Positions 33,267 to 43,803 are shown, counted from the first letter of the stretch. The stretch is DNA of 64,000 bases from an uncultured cyanobacterium (GCA_963706595.1 OY970166.1:1696001-1760000); one strand, 5' to 3'. Numbers and translations are program-made. Notes: generated by a model not told the origin, from the letters alone.

Positions 33267-33806
33267 ATGCCTAAAATTAATATTGGTTTGACAGAAGAGC
33301 AGCGCCAAGGTGTAATAAATCTGTTGAATCAAGATTTAGCAGATGCCTACGTTTTGATAGTAAAAACCAAAAAGTACCATTGGGATGTGGTAGGCCCTCA
33401 GTTTCGCAGTTTGCATGAACTTTGGGAAGAACATTATGAAAAGCTAACTGAAAATATTGACGCTTTAGCGGAACGGATTCGGGCTTTGGGCGGTTACCCT
33501 GTGGGTACGATGGAGGGATTTCTCAAGATTGCTACTCTCAAAGAACATAGTGGTGATGTCCCCTTAGCAACAGGGATGGTAGCTCAACTAGGAGAAAATC
33601 ACGAACAGGTGATTCGTAATCTGCGGGATCATGTAGATCAGTGCAGTGAGCAATTTCATGATGAGGGAACTTCTGACTTTTTAACTGGACTGATGGAAGA
33701 GCATGAAGAAATGGCTTGGATGTTGCGCTCGTTCATTGAAGGACAAGCGTTAGAACCTAGCGGTGTACAACCAGCAGCAGAAACTAAAACCCCTGTAGGT
33801 GTATAG
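33267..33806 (+). CDS. dps: Dps family DNA-protecting ferritin-like protein
   Basis: KYHWDVVGPQFRSLHELWEE..DALAERIRALG..AWMLRS. Confidence 0.95.
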   Translation: MPKINIGLTEEQRQGVINLLNQDLADAYVLIVKTKKYHWDVVGPQFRSLHELWEEHYEKLTENIDALAERIRALGGYPVGTMEGFLKIATLKEHSGDVPLATGMVAQLGENHEQVIRNLRDHVDQCSEQFHDEGTSDFLTGLMEEHEEMAWMLRSFIEGQALEPSGVQPAAETKTPVGV

Positions 33807-33928
33807 AACTAGGTAAATAAGGTATCAACTGAGGGAAGATTGATTCTTTGAAGTTGGCGGGTGACAATCAATCTTCCTATACATCATTCATTTTTCTATG
33901 ACAAAAATAAGTTTTAAGGAGCATTAAA

Positions 33929-34697
33929 GTGCCAGAAGTTTATCAAGCAGAACGTACCATCTCAGTCTGTATTTAAAGAACAAAAGCAAATTGATCAGGT
34001 GATTCGACGTTTACTAGACAGGGGTGTGCCTAGAGATAATATTTCAGTTATGGGCAAAGACTTCCAGTCAGAAACGCGAATTTCTGGTTTTATTACGAAG
34101 AAAGATGTGATTCTGGGAGGCTTGAGAACAGGAGCGATTTTTGGTTCTTTATTTGGTTCGTTTCTTAGCTTGCTGACTGGTGTAGGCGTACTGTTCATTC
34201 CTTTTGTGGGGCCAATTGTGGCGGCTGGCCCTATTGGTGCGTTGTTGCTAGGGGCTGCTAGTGGCGCGATCGCTGGTAGCGCTGGCGCTGGACTAGTATC
34301 GGCCTTAACTGCTTGGGGGATGCCGGAAGATAAAGCCGCAGTTTATCAAACACGCTTACAAGCTGGCGAGTTTATCTTAATGGCAGAAGTACCAAGCGAT
34401 CGCCTGGGAGAATTTCAATTGCTGATCGAAGGTAGTGGTGGTGAAGAAATTCACACAACTGAAAAAACATTGACTCGCCCTTGTTCTGGTCGATGTAACA
34501 ATCCCGAAGATTTGTCTCCTGAAGTTCGCTCTCATCTTTCTGAAGCAGCTCAACGTACATTCATGGATCGCTATAATACCGTTTTAGATCATACAAGTGA
34601 CGAGTTCACAGCTGAACAAGCGGCTTGGGAAGCTGTTCATGAGCAGTTCGATGAAGATGAAAGCGGTGTTTGGTCTAAGGCTAAAGTGAATGTTTAG
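33929..34697 (+). pseudogene. General stress/ChaB-like membrane protein with +1 frameshift near codon 13
   Basis: AAGGAG + GTG 33929 gives [12 protein letters not shown]; removing one base at ~33966 joins it to [15 protein letters not shown] and the 33999 ORF ([13 protein letters not shown]-terminal ChaB-like AQRTF..AAWEAV). Confidence 0.7.
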
Positions 34698-34728
34698 CTA
34701 ATTACAAATCTTCAGCAGACCAGACTTT

Positions 34729-34890
34729 ACAAATTAATCAGGGTATGATCTCAATAAAATACGTCGTTTCAGACTTTTATCCCCGATTATTTTGATTGTA
34801 AATAGATCCGCATTGTAGGGGTTTAGCAATGCTAAACCCCTACGAAAGATATGGTTTTTGATAACACATATTTAATGTTAATTGTCAATG
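34729..34890. mobile_element. Degenerate copy of the 55218-55408 MITE
   Basis: Shares acaaattaatca.ggtatg and the 29-bp hairpin gtaggggtttagcaatgctaaacccctac (34815-34843). Confidence 0.65.
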
Positions 34891-34995
34891 GGTGTAAAAA
34901 TAAATAAATATAGAGCGAGTTTGAGGACTAGATGGTTCTGCCCAACAAGATGGATGGTGGCGCAAATCTAGTTAACCCGCTCAGTAGAATGGCGA

Positions 34996-35610
34996 TTAAT
35001 TGATCTTTGGTTCGATCTCCCCTGATAGAGGCTGCTCCAGATAAACTGATTGTTCCGGGGAGGCTATTGCCGCTTTGGGAATTTCTATGACTGGATTATT
35101 CAAGGCCACCATGAGGGGAGAACTTAAAATTACAGGCGTTGCTGCAAGTTGTGTTGGCTCGACTGGTTGTTGTCGCGCCAGTTGAGGTATCTTGAATTCA
35201 CCACCTAGCAAACCAGACATAGCACCAATCACACAAGCCGCTAGAGCGGTTCCTCCAAATGCCCAAACGGTACGGGAACGGCGGCTCACACGCTTTAATA
35301 CTTGCGCGGCTGTTACTTCTGGCGGTTGTTGGGCTGTCGGTACTGGGACAGCCCGCAAGCCTCGCCTGAGATTTAGTAGTCGGCTATACAGGCATTGAAC
35401 TGAGGCATCGTTTTTTAGCCATTCCTCTACTTGCCTGCTTTCAGAGGCTGTCACCTCTCCATCGAGGTAAGCACTTAATAACTCGAAGCGATCGCGCTTC
35501 ACCATATCCATAGCACCCGTTGACTCATTGGTATGCTGACTTATTCCATCTGACAAATCTTGAGGATTTAGCCAGGGAGAACGGTCATCAAATGGAGAAT
35601 TACTATTCAT
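34996..35610 (-). CDS. Transmembrane anti-sigma factor, cognate of SigG
   Basis: FELLSAYLDGEV, TM helix, immediately downstream of the ECF sigma gene. Confidence 0.88.
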   Translation of the reverse strand: MNSNSPFDDRSPWLNPQDLSDGISQHTNESTGAMDMVKRDRFELLSAYLDGEVTASESRQVEEWLKNDASVQCLYSRLLNLRRGLRAVPVPTAQQPPEVTAAQVLKRVSRRSRTVWAFGGTALAACVIGAMSGLLGGEFKIPQLARQQPVEPTQLAATPVILSSPLMVALNNPVIEIPKAAIASPEQSVYLEQPLSGEIEPKIN

Positions 35611-35743
35611 TGTAGCATTATGACCAATTCATATTGCGGGTAAAGACAACGATAAATCCTGATAAATTCTTTGAATTCCCGGATGCTGGGAGCAGCCTTC
35701 TAAATTGACATCAAAGTTTTGAAACAATATTTAATTTGTGGTA

Positions 35744-36400
35744 TTAGGCATCTAGATAGGTTTGCAGCTGAGTTTGCAATCTGGATCTAGCTCTAGCAAT
35801 TCTTGATTTCACTGTTCCTAAAGAAACACCAGTAATTTCGGCAATTTCTTCATAAGCCATCCCTTCGATTTCTCTAAGAACAATGGTAGTCCGAAACACC
35901 TCTGGCAAATCCGCGATCGCATCTCGTAGTTGCTCGTAAAATTCTCTAGTTGTCAGTTCTTCCTCTGGTCCGGGAGTATCGCCAGCAATTTCCCAATCCA
36001 TCTCGCCGTCTTCTAGTGTGCGGGGAGCATCCAGTGATAAGGGACTGGCTACCCGCTTCCGTTTACGCAACTCGTCATAAAACAAGTTGGTAGCAATCCG
36101 GCTTAACCAGCCCCGAAACTTGACTGGCTCTTGTAATCGGTTCACATTTCGATAAACGCGAATCCACACTTCTTGAGCTAAATCGGCTCTGTCAGGCCAA
36201 TCTGGAGCCAGGTGGTATAGAACTCGATCAACTTGACTTTGATAGCGGCGCAATAGCTCTGCAAACGCAGCACGATCCGGGCGCAGTCCGACTTGACAGC
36301 GTAAAATGAGATCGTGGTTGGAGAGTTTGTCAACTTGCACCGATGCTTCTGGGTATCTTGCATCAACAGTTGACCAGGATACAGTAATCGATTGGCTCAT
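35744..36400 (-). CDS. sigG: ECF RNA polymerase sigma factor SigG
   Basis: DLAQEVWIRVY, FRGWLSRIATN, YEEIAEITGVSLGTVKSRIARAR. Confidence 0.9.
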   Translation of the reverse strand: MSQSITVSWSTVDARYPEASVQVDKLSNHDLILRCQVGLRPDRAAFAELLRRYQSQVDRVLYHLAPDWPDRADLAQEVWIRVYRNVNRLQEPVKFRGWLSRIATNLFYDELRKRKRVASPLSLDAPRTLEDGEMDWEIAGDTPGPEEELTTREFYEQLRDAIADLPEVFRTTIVLREIEGMAYEEIAEITGVSLGTVKSRIARARSRLQTQLQTYLDA

Positions 36401-36694
36401 AGATCGTACTGAACTTTAAGTTATCCTTCTCTATTAGACAAGCTAATGGGCGCAATGTTCCTTCAGCAGTGACGGATTTATGACTGGTACATGGCAGTAT
36501 ATAAAATCAGAGACGTTAATAGCACAAATCAAAACCCTGTTTTGATCCCCAACAAATACTTTATTGTATTTATAGCTATTATTTATGGGTTGTTTTAATG
36601 CAGTATTATTACTTGCATTTGTACAATTAACACTATCTGACCATCTACAATTGACAAAAATAATAATATGTGCAATTAAAGATATGGAACAACA

Positions 36695-36832
36695 GGCGCT
36701 TAACGTCCGTTGATCACAAACACTAACTCCTGAGATGGCAAAGTCCTGTGAGCAGAGTGTTAGGTCGGACTGAGTGTAAACCCAGTTGCTGCAATACTTT
36801 GAGCAATTAAAACCGTCCTCACATCTCTGACC
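36695..36832 (-). ncRNA. Candidate structured non-coding RNA (strand tentative)
   Basis: GC-richer non-coding block with nested stems gtccg/cggac, ctaactcctg/cagagtgttag, actgagt/acccagt, ttgct/agcaa. Confidence 0.4.
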
Positions 36833-36834
36833 GG

Positions 36835-37007
36835 AAGAGGCGGAGGGGCTTTCTAGCAGGGGGCAGGGGGAGCAATCCCTGCCAGCCGTGAAGCAGAGCG
36901 GAACATGGGTACAAGCCCCGCCCTTCTAGGGCGCTTTTACTGGGACAGAGTACAAGCTCCGTCTCAGTTTTCTCCCTTGCTCCCTGCCCCCTGCTCCCCT
37001 GCTTCTT
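36835..37007. repeat. STRR-armed element related to 38910-39095
   Basis: Shared gggctttctagcaggggg and gccgtgaagc.gagc.gaacatgggt. Confidence 0.7.
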
Positions 37008-37076
37008 TTGACTACAGCTAGATCATTTTTTAGATGGGTAGCAGCTGCGCCAAAAGGGGCTAAAATTTCACTGCTG

Positions 37077-37259
37077 TTAGTATAGGCAGAGGAGTAAGAA
37101 AAAAGGTGATTTTTCCGGGTTTTTTATGATAATTGTTGTTGATGTTTGTGTATGTGGTGAATGATTAATACCAGCATAAGTTGAATTGAGTAGGCGGATT
37201 TGAAAAAATAAATTCAGGGAAAATGTAATTATGACTGCTAGGAATAATTTTTCAAACAT
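37077..37259 (-). CDS. Small hypothetical membrane/secreted protein
   Basis: MFEKLFLAVIITFSLNLF hydrophobic N-terminus. Confidence 0.5.
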   Translation of the reverse strand: MFEKLFLAVIITFSLNLFFQIRLLNSTYAGINHSPHTQTSTTIIIKNPEKSPFFLLLCLY

Positions 37260-37491
37260 GATTTTTCTCTCGCCCGCATGATTAATGATGGATGTTATGC
37301 ACTCCAAGTGTTCCGGGGATTAAAATTTTTCACCAATAATTTTGTGCCAGGATCTCTTGATAGTGTTGGGTTGCCTAAAAGTATCGGCAGAGTTATGAGA
37401 GAACAGATAAGTAACTATAAATTATTGATAATTTTGGATGTACTCATGAACCAATTAGCCCACTGGATATGTCAGGGATAAACAATAGGCG

Positions 37492-38229
37492 ATGGCAATG
37501 GTAAGAAATGAATCTGTAGCGCGCATAGTAATGTTTCTCTGTTTTGGCACAGCCATCTTCTCGCTAGCTGTCCATTGGCACATTACAACAACTCAAGCGC
37601 AGTTTGAGCAGCCAGCTTCAGCCGCAGGCAGCCCGTCTGAGAGTGCTTCTACCGCTCGTGGTGCGTCTACACCTGCTAATCAACCCACTCACCAGCAACC
37701 TGTGCAGAGGAGTTCTGTACCGTATATGTCGGGTGCAGTCAGCTATAATTCCACTGGCTCTACTGACTTAGGGACAAAGATGCGATCGCTGTTTCCCGGA
37801 CAAAGGCAGAATTCCCCAGGTTTATCTTCACCAAACTCATCTCAGACGGAAGTGGTAGTGAATTTAAGCGATCGCCGTACCTATGTTTACAAAGGAGGTG
37901 AAGTGATAGCCAGTTATCCAATTGCTGTCGGTAAGGAAGGTTGGGAAACCCCTACAGGTTCTTTCCGTGTCACCGATATGCAAGAATATCCTATTTGGCA
38001 ACACCCCATCACTGGCAAAGTATTTCCATCAGGTGTTGATAGTCCTTTAGGAGAACGATGGATTGGTTTTTGGTCAGATGGACGCAATGAAATTGGCTTT
38101 CACGGCACGCCGGAGACACACTTGTTGGGCGCGGCTATCTCTCATGGCTGCTTACGAATGCGTAATGAGGATGTGCGCTTATTATATGAGCAAGTCAATA
38201 TTGGCACTCTTGTCTCAGTGCGCGATTGA
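37492..38229 (+). CDS. L,D-transpeptidase (YkuD family)
   Basis: YPIAVGK..TPTG, IGFHGT..SHGCLRM. Confidence 0.92.
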   Translation: MAMVRNESVARIVMFLCFGTAIFSLAVHWHITTTQAQFEQPASAAGSPSESASTARGASTPANQPTHQQPVQRSSVPYMSGAVSYNSTGSTDLGTKMRSLFPGQRQNSPGLSSPNSSQTEVVVNLSDRRTYVYKGGEVIASYPIAVGKEGWETPTGSFRVTDMQEYPIWQHPITGKVFPSGVDSPLGERWIGFWSDGRNEIGFHGTPETHLLGAAISHGCLRMRNEDVRLLYEQVNIGTLVSVRD

Positions 38230-38316
38230 TTAGGAATTTCCCCAAATTCCATGATTCATTCAGATATGAAAACCCCGATTTATTAAATAAACCGGGGTTC
38301 TCAAGCCACTCAATTT

Positions 38317-38859
38317 TCAATACTCAGATTTTTGCTCAAAATTTGGGGCGTAGACATTCAGTAAATTACTGACTTGGCGCAGAATTTCATTACCAGTGTT
38401 TTTATTCAAGACTGGTGTTCTGTTGTCGTTGGGTTGGTTGATGTTACGTCCTATAGACTCGGTAATTTGCTGGGAAATTAATTCTTGCAATTCTGCCTTC
38501 GCACGTAGACGTTGGTAGCTAGCACCTTCTTCTGTAGTCGCATACAAGGGTGGTAAGCGGTTGAGAGCATAAGCGGCTATATCCCCCACATCCAAAGAAC
38601 TGTCGCTGGTAGCTTCAATTTCTGCGGCTCTGGCGATCGCTTCACTCAAGACCAATTCTTCCATGACATTAATGAATTGTTTGCGAGGTACCGCCACTAC
38701 CTCACCGGTCAGTAATGCCCCCATCAATCGATCCAGCGCCATGTACTCTTCAATTGAAAGCTCGGATGCGTTATCACAGATTCTTCCAACTTCTGCTTCC
38801 ATCACTGGTGTCAAATAACCATCCTGGAGAGCTTGTTCTACAATTTTTTCAATACTCAT
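38317..38859 (-). CDS. cdgR: ComFB family protein, CdgR-like c-di-GMP receptor
   Basis: MSIEKIVEQALQDGYLTP, INVMEELV, DIAAYALNRLPPLYATT; between M23 peptidase and L,D-transpeptidase/sigG as recalled for Anabaena. Confidence 0.75.
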   Translation of the reverse strand: MSIEKIVEQALQDGYLTPVMEAEVGRICDNASELSIEEYMALDRLMGALLTGEVVAVPRKQFINVMEELVLSEAIARAAEIEATSDSSLDVGDIAAYALNRLPPLYATTEEGASYQRLRAKAELQELISQQITESIGRNINQPNDNRTPVLNKNTGNEILRQVSNLLNVYAPNFEQKSEY

Positions 38860-38909
38860 AACGCTCATTATCTTTACGCTAACCAAGCAGGGTAGGGACG
38901 GTATCAACG

Positions 38910-39095
38910 AAGAGGTAGGGGGAAGTGGGCTTTCTAGCAGGGGGAAATGACTCCTTCCTCCTGCCGTGAAGCGGAGCAGAACATGGGTCTGAGTCCCCCA
39001 CTTCTACAAAGTGGTTCTCGTCCTGGTGGGGTCGAATCCCCATCTGGACTTTCCCCCTGCTCCCTGCTCCCTGCTCCCTGCTCCCTGGCCTCTTT
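38910..39095. repeat. STRR-armed element with (ccctgct)n arm
   Basis: aagagg..cctctt ends; core shared with 36835-37007. Confidence 0.7.
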
Positions 39096-39176
39096 TTCAA
39101 TCCATTCCATTTTGCCTAATTATCGGCAAAAAGTATATAATCTATCAACAAATGGCGAGCAATCTTGCTGTTTTAG

Positions 39177-40115
39177 CTAATCGACTCCATCAAATCTCCA
39201 AGGTACTGGATCAATAGATTGCCCGTTGACATATAGACCCCAGTGCAAATGCGGCCCTGTGGAAGCACCTGTGGAACCGACTGTGCCAACTAATTGACCC
39301 GCTTTGACGAAATCACCTTCTTTGACATTAATGCCATTGAGGTGCATGAGAATACTGGTGACTCCTTGCCCGTGGTCGATGCCAATTGTGTTGCCGTGAA
39401 CCCGAAATCCTTCCGATACTCTACCTACCAACGCCACTGTTCCGGGCGCTGGGGCAACTACCCGTGAACCCGTAGCACCAGCGTAGTCAACGCCACGATG
39501 GTAGTAGTCATTGGCAAATTTACCATTATAGTAGCGACGGACACCATAGATGGTGGTAATCCGCCCTTGATTTGGTTGAAGCAGTGGGCCATTCCAATGC
39601 TTTTGCGGTGTTTGGATCTTTTTGAAAGCTGCTACGCGCTGAAGTTCATGTTCTGTGGCCTTCACCCCAGCCCTCCCCGGTGGCAGATTAATCCGTTGTG
39701 TGGGAAAAGTCCGATTACGCAAATTCACTGCCAAGTTTCGCACCTGACCATCTCCAGAAACTTTCAGTGTGATGGTTCCAGGTTTATCCAGTGGAGTTGT
39801 GGGAATTAAAGCCCGATATTTATTGGGGGCGATCGCAAATGTTGGATAAGAATTTTCACCTACAGCCACAGTAGGATTACTGCCATTGGCGGGATTATCT
39901 ACGTTAATCATCACAGATATGGTATCTCCCAACTGAGGATTGCTGGGAGTCACCTGTGCTTGCAAAGCATGTACAGGTAAAGCCAAGATCACAACCACGA
40001 TAGAGGCAAATATGCCGATGAATAAGTTTTTTATGTGGCGGTTGGGTTTGAGTCCTTCAAAATTAAAATAGGGCAACTTCTGGTCAGATTCTCTAGTGTA
40101 ATTATTGATAGTCAT
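39177..40115 (-). CDS. M23 family metallopeptidase
   Basis: HRGVD, IDHGQG, GSTGASTGPHLHW; start uncertain. Confidence 0.92.
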   Translation of the reverse strand: MTINNYTRESDQKLPYFNFEGLKPNRHIKNLFIGIFASIVVVILALPVHALQAQVTPSNPQLGDTISVMINVDNPANGSNPTVAVGENSYPTFAIAPNKYRALIPTTPLDKPGTITLKVSGDGQVRNLAVNLRNRTFPTQRINLPPGRAGVKATEHELQRVAAFKKIQTPQKHWNGPLLQPNQGRITTIYGVRRYYNGKFANDYYHRGVDYAGATGSRVVAPAPGTVALVGRVSEGFRVHGNTIGIDHGQGVTSILMHLNGINVKEGDFVKAGQLVGTVGSTGASTGPHLHWGLYVNGQSIDPVPWRFDGVD

Positions 40116-40495
40116 AGAGCTACAGAACAATCTCTTACTTCTGTTGACCAGACTAGCTAATAGGCGATAGTGTTTCCTGGGCGAGGTAATTTTTTTCAGA
40201 AAGTAGATGATTATAAGTAGTTTCAACAGCCAATGTGAATGCTAAACTATACTCAAATTAATTAAATTACTGTAAATTCTTGTTTGTATTCGGTGTTATA
40301 GCAACCGCCAAGGTGGTTAGGACAAAAACAGATCAAAAAACTCTTGTCATGAAGGAGTTTTAAGCCTGCCCCCTGCCCCCTGCCATATCGCGTAGCGCAA
40401 CGCACCAGCCCAGATTTTCGGTGCGTAACAGCTTAACATCCATAATGCACCCCACCCAAATGAAAGGTTTTTGGACTTGTGTGTACACCGTAGCT

Positions 40496-41203
40496 TTATA
40501 GGGCGGGGTAGTTCACTGCTATAGCAGAAGCATTAACTAGCTTGCCATCTTCCATCTGAACAATCCGATCAGCAATGTCTAGAATGCGATTGTCATGAGT
40601 TACCATCAGGATTGTGCAACCTTGTTCTTTGGCAAGTTTTTGCATCAGGTTGACCACATCTCGCCCTGACTGACTGTCAAGGGCTGCTGTGGGTTCATCT
40701 GCTAAAACTAGGGGAGGATGGCTAACTAAAGCACGAGCGATCGCAACTCTTTGTTTTTGTCCTCCTGACAATTTATCAGGATAATAATCAAGGTGATTTC
40801 CTAAGCCTACCTGTTCTAACATCAGGGCGGAACGGGTTTGCATCTCTCGTGGGCCAATATGCTGGTGCAGTTCTAAACCCATTCTCACATTCTGGAGTGC
40901 TGTCAAACTTCCATGTAGATTGTGGGCTTGAAAAATATAACCATTATGCTGTCGCGCCTGCACCAATTGTTCGACACTAGCACCGCAAAGTTCCCTGGAC
41001 AAGACCTGCAAACTCCCAAACTGGGGAGAACGCAACGCCCCAACTAAGGTGAGGAGAGTAGTTTTACCAGAACCAGAAGGTCCAGTCAAAATAATAATTT
41101 CGCCAGATTTAATCTGCAAGTTAATGTTAAATAAAACTTGCCTACGCAGTGAACCTAGACCAAAGTAGTGGTCGAGATTCTGGATGGAAATAACTGGAAC
41201 CAT
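40496..41203 (-). CDS. DevA family ABC exporter ATPase
   Basis: GPSGSGKTT, LSGGQKQR, LADEPTAALD. Confidence 0.92.
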   Translation of the reverse strand: MVPVISIQNLDHYFGLGSLRRQVLFNINLQIKSGEIIILTGPSGSGKTTLLTLVGALRSPQFGSLQVLSRELCGASVEQLVQARQHNGYIFQAHNLHGSLTALQNVRMGLELHQHIGPREMQTRSALMLEQVGLGNHLDYYPDKLSGGQKQRVAIARALVSHPPLVLADEPTAALDSQSGRDVVNLMQKLAKEQGCTILMVTHDNRILDIADRIVQMEDGKLVNASAIAVNYPAL

Positions 41204-41226
41204 AAGTAGGTGGATGTAAATAAAGG

Positions 41227-41360
41227 TCATTAGTCATTGGTCATTGGTCATTGGTGATTAGACATTAGAAGTTACAATTTCCCCCCTGCGTCTTCTCCCC
41301 CCTGCACCCTGCACCCTGCTCCCCTGCCTCTTCCCCCCCACTCCCCACTCCCCACTTCCC
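41227..41360. repeat. STRR heptamer repeats (tcattgg, ccctgca, ccccact)
   Basis: Direct read between devC-like and devA-like genes. Confidence 0.7.
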
Positions 41361-42535
41361 TAAAACATATCAGCCGGGTCAGCAGACCGCAGTTTCCGGG
41401 TGGCGATCGCTCCAGAAATTGAACACATAATTATGGTTAAAATTAGTACATGAAATCCCCGAATTGCCGTCATATACATCGGTAAATTTGTCGCCGTACG
41501 AGTCATTTGGTAAAGTCCCAAGGATACTGCTACCCCTGGAATAAAGCCTAATGCTGCTAAAATCAAAGTCTGTTCAAACACTACACTGAGCAAATAGTGA
41601 TTTCGATACCCCAAGGCTTTAAAAGTAGCGTATTCCCTGGTATGGGCATTGACATCAGTGGAAAGAACTTGATAAACCAGAATTACTCCCACTGCAAACC
41701 CCATTGATACACCCAGGCTAAAAATGAACCCAATGGGGGAGTTTGTTCTCCAGAAGTTGTTCTCAAATTCAATAAATTCTGCGTGAGTCATGACGCTGAC
41801 ATCATCTCTGAGGTAAGCTTGTAAGGCGATCGCTACCTGTTTCGGGTCATAACCTGGTTTTACCTTGATTAAACCGAGACTGATACTGCTGGCTGGTCGT
41901 CGGGAAAATAAGCGTAAAAAGTTTTGATCGCTGGTGATCAAGCTACCATCAGAACCAAAAGAAGCGCCTACTGTGAATAAACCACTAATGGTAATTGTGC
42001 GCCCATCTATTTCGGTAGTCAGTTTTTTACCTTGGTCAATTTGAGCGATCGCCTTTTGATAATCTCCCCTAGCACTACGATCAAACAAAACGGTATCTGG
42101 TAGCTTGATTGACTGTAATTGCTGATTCACATCCGGTAAATCAAAAGCTGGTTTATCTGGATTAAAGCCGATGACTTGCACCGAAGTCTGGCGGCGGGTT
42201 TGGGGATTCTTCCAAATGATGTTGTTGACATACATTGCTTCAGCCGAATATACCCCTGGGATATCCATTGCTTGGTAAAGCCGCCGCCGGGAAAAGGTGG
42301 GCATATTTTGCAGGCTTCGGGCTTGGGGACTAGTTAAAACAATGTCTGCTTGCAAACTGCGATGTAGTCGAGTGTTACTGTCGTATAGCGCGGTTTGAAA
42401 GCCCATCTGCATAAACATCAACACATCCGCAAAGGCAATGCCTGACAATGCTACCAATAAACGGCTTTTTTCGTGACTCAGTTGCAGCCATCCTAAAGGT
42501 GTGCGTCGTCGCAGTTGTTTGATTAGTCCCATCAT
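41360..42535 (-). CDS. DevC family ABC exporter permease
   Basis: RRTPLGWLQL, GIAFADVLMFMQ, EYATFKALGY, KLRSADPADMF. Confidence 0.92.
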   Translation of the reverse strand: MMGLIKQLRRRTPLGWLQLSHEKSRLLVALSGIAFADVLMFMQMGFQTALYDSNTRLHRSLQADIVLTSPQARSLQNMPTFSRRRLYQAMDIPGVYSAEAMYVNNIIWKNPQTRRQTSVQVIGFNPDKPAFDLPDVNQQLQSIKLPDTVLFDRSARGDYQKAIAQIDQGKKLTTEIDGRTITISGLFTVGASFGSDGSLITSDQNFLRLFSRRPASSISLGLIKVKPGYDPKQVAIALQAYLRDDVSVMTHAEFIEFENNFWRTNSPIGFIFSLGVSMGFAVGVILVYQVLSTDVNAHTREYATFKALGYRNHYLLSVVFEQTLILAALGFIPGVAVSLGLYQMTRTATNLPMYMTAIRGFHVLILTIIMCSISGAIATRKLRSADPADMF

Positions 42536-42597
42536 ATAAATGAAGTGCTTCCTTCTTAAATAGAGACGCGAAAAAACAATGTGTTCCTAATTACGAA

Positions 42598-43803
42598 TTA
42601 CGAATTAGACAGTTGAATGACTGCCTTGACCTGCATATTACTTAAGTTGGCAGCTTTCTGACTGGAAGTTTCATCTAATCGGATATAAACCTCCACTACT
42701 CTGTTATCAATATTGCTAGCGGGGTCAGTATTAATCACATTTTGCCGCCGCACTTGTAAGCCTTTGCGGTCTACTGTTCCTTGTAATTCAATGGGCAGGA
42801 AATCACCAAATACTTGGACTTTCTGCCCTGGATTAACTTTGCCGATATCGCTTTCATAAACCTCGGCAATTACATACATCTCGCTGGTTTGCCCAATTTC
42901 AACAATGCCATTATTTGAGATTAATTCGCCTGGGCGGGTGTGAACCTCGAATATTTGACCATCTTGAGGCGATCGCACATAAGCTTGTTGTAGATTTGCT
43001 TGTGTTCGCTGCATGGCTGCTATGGCTCGATTTACTTCTGCTGAGGCTGCTGCTATATCGACTTGCGGCACTTCAGCAATTCGATCCAGTGTTGCTGCGG
43101 CTTCTTTAATTTGTTGCTGGCTGGTTGACTCGATGCGCGTTAACTGTGTTTGTGCCTCTTGCAGATTTTTTTGGGCTGTTTCCAGTGTTAAGCGCTTGCT
43201 GTCTCTCTGGGAGGCAGATATTGCTCCCTCTTGATACAGCTCTTGATAGCGTTGGTTTTCGGCTGTGGCGTTACGCACTTCGGCTTCCCATCTAGCCACT
43301 GCGGTTTCTTGGGCAGCAATATCACCTTGGCGTTCTGCTTGCAAGCGCGCAATTGTGGCTTCTTGTGCTAAAATCTCTCCACGTTTAGCACCTGCTTTGA
43401 TGCGGTTTAAGTTTGCCTGTTCCACTTTTACTTGTTCTTCAGCCTCTTTCAAGGCCGCCGACAAGCGATCGCGGCTGTCTAAAATTGCGATCACTTGCCC
43501 TGCTTTGATCCTATCCCCTTCCCTCACTAAAAGTTTCTCTACCCGACTTCCTTCTGGGGAAGTAGTCGCAGAGAGTTGAATAACTTTTCCTTTTGGTTCA
43601 ATACGTCCTAGAGCTGTTACCGTTTTTAACTCAGGTAGTAGTACGGCTGGCGCTGGCGTTTTCTGATTTACTGTATCCTGAAATTTTAATACCGTATAAA
43701 CACTACTACCAATTACAGTTAAAGATACAAGGATAGCGATAAACAAGGGCGGACGTAAAATCGATTGGGGAGATATTGATCGATCTAGCTTTGAGTTCTG
43801 CAC
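42598..43803 (-). CDS. DevB family membrane fusion protein
   Basis: TVTALGRIEPKG, AEVYESDI, DNRVVEV; start uncertain (GTG 43803). Confidence 0.9.
   Translation of the reverse strand: MQNSKLDRSISPQSILRPPLFIAILVSLTVIGSSVYTVLKFQDTVNQKTPAPAVLLPELKTVTALGRIEPKGKVIQLSATTSPEGSRVEKLLVREGDRIKAGQVIAILDSRDRLSAALKEAEEQVKVEQANLNRIKAGAKRGEILAQEATIARLQAERQGDIAAQETAVARWEAEVRNATAENQRYQELYQEGAISASQRDSKRLTLETAQKNLQEAQTQLTRIESTSQQQIKEAAATLDRIAEVPQVDIAAASAEVNRAIAAMQRTQANLQQAYVRSPQDGQIFEVHTRPGELISNNGIVEIGQTSEMYVIAEVYESDIGKVNPGQKVQVFGDFLPIELQGTVDRKGLQVRRQNVINTDPASNIDNRVVEVYIRLDETSSQKAANLSNMQVKAVIQLSNS

Noticed and set aside
32938..33267. ORFs 32938-33267 and 32963-33154 (also 38879-39217, 9135-9362, 49445-49723, 55440-55664)
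   Set aside because: Translations of STRR, REP or MITE sequence or promoter DNA with no protein-like features
40496..43803. The heterocyst devBCA operon itself
   Set aside because: Nostocales have several paralogues; TetR linkage and no evident NtcA box mean orthology cannot be assigned
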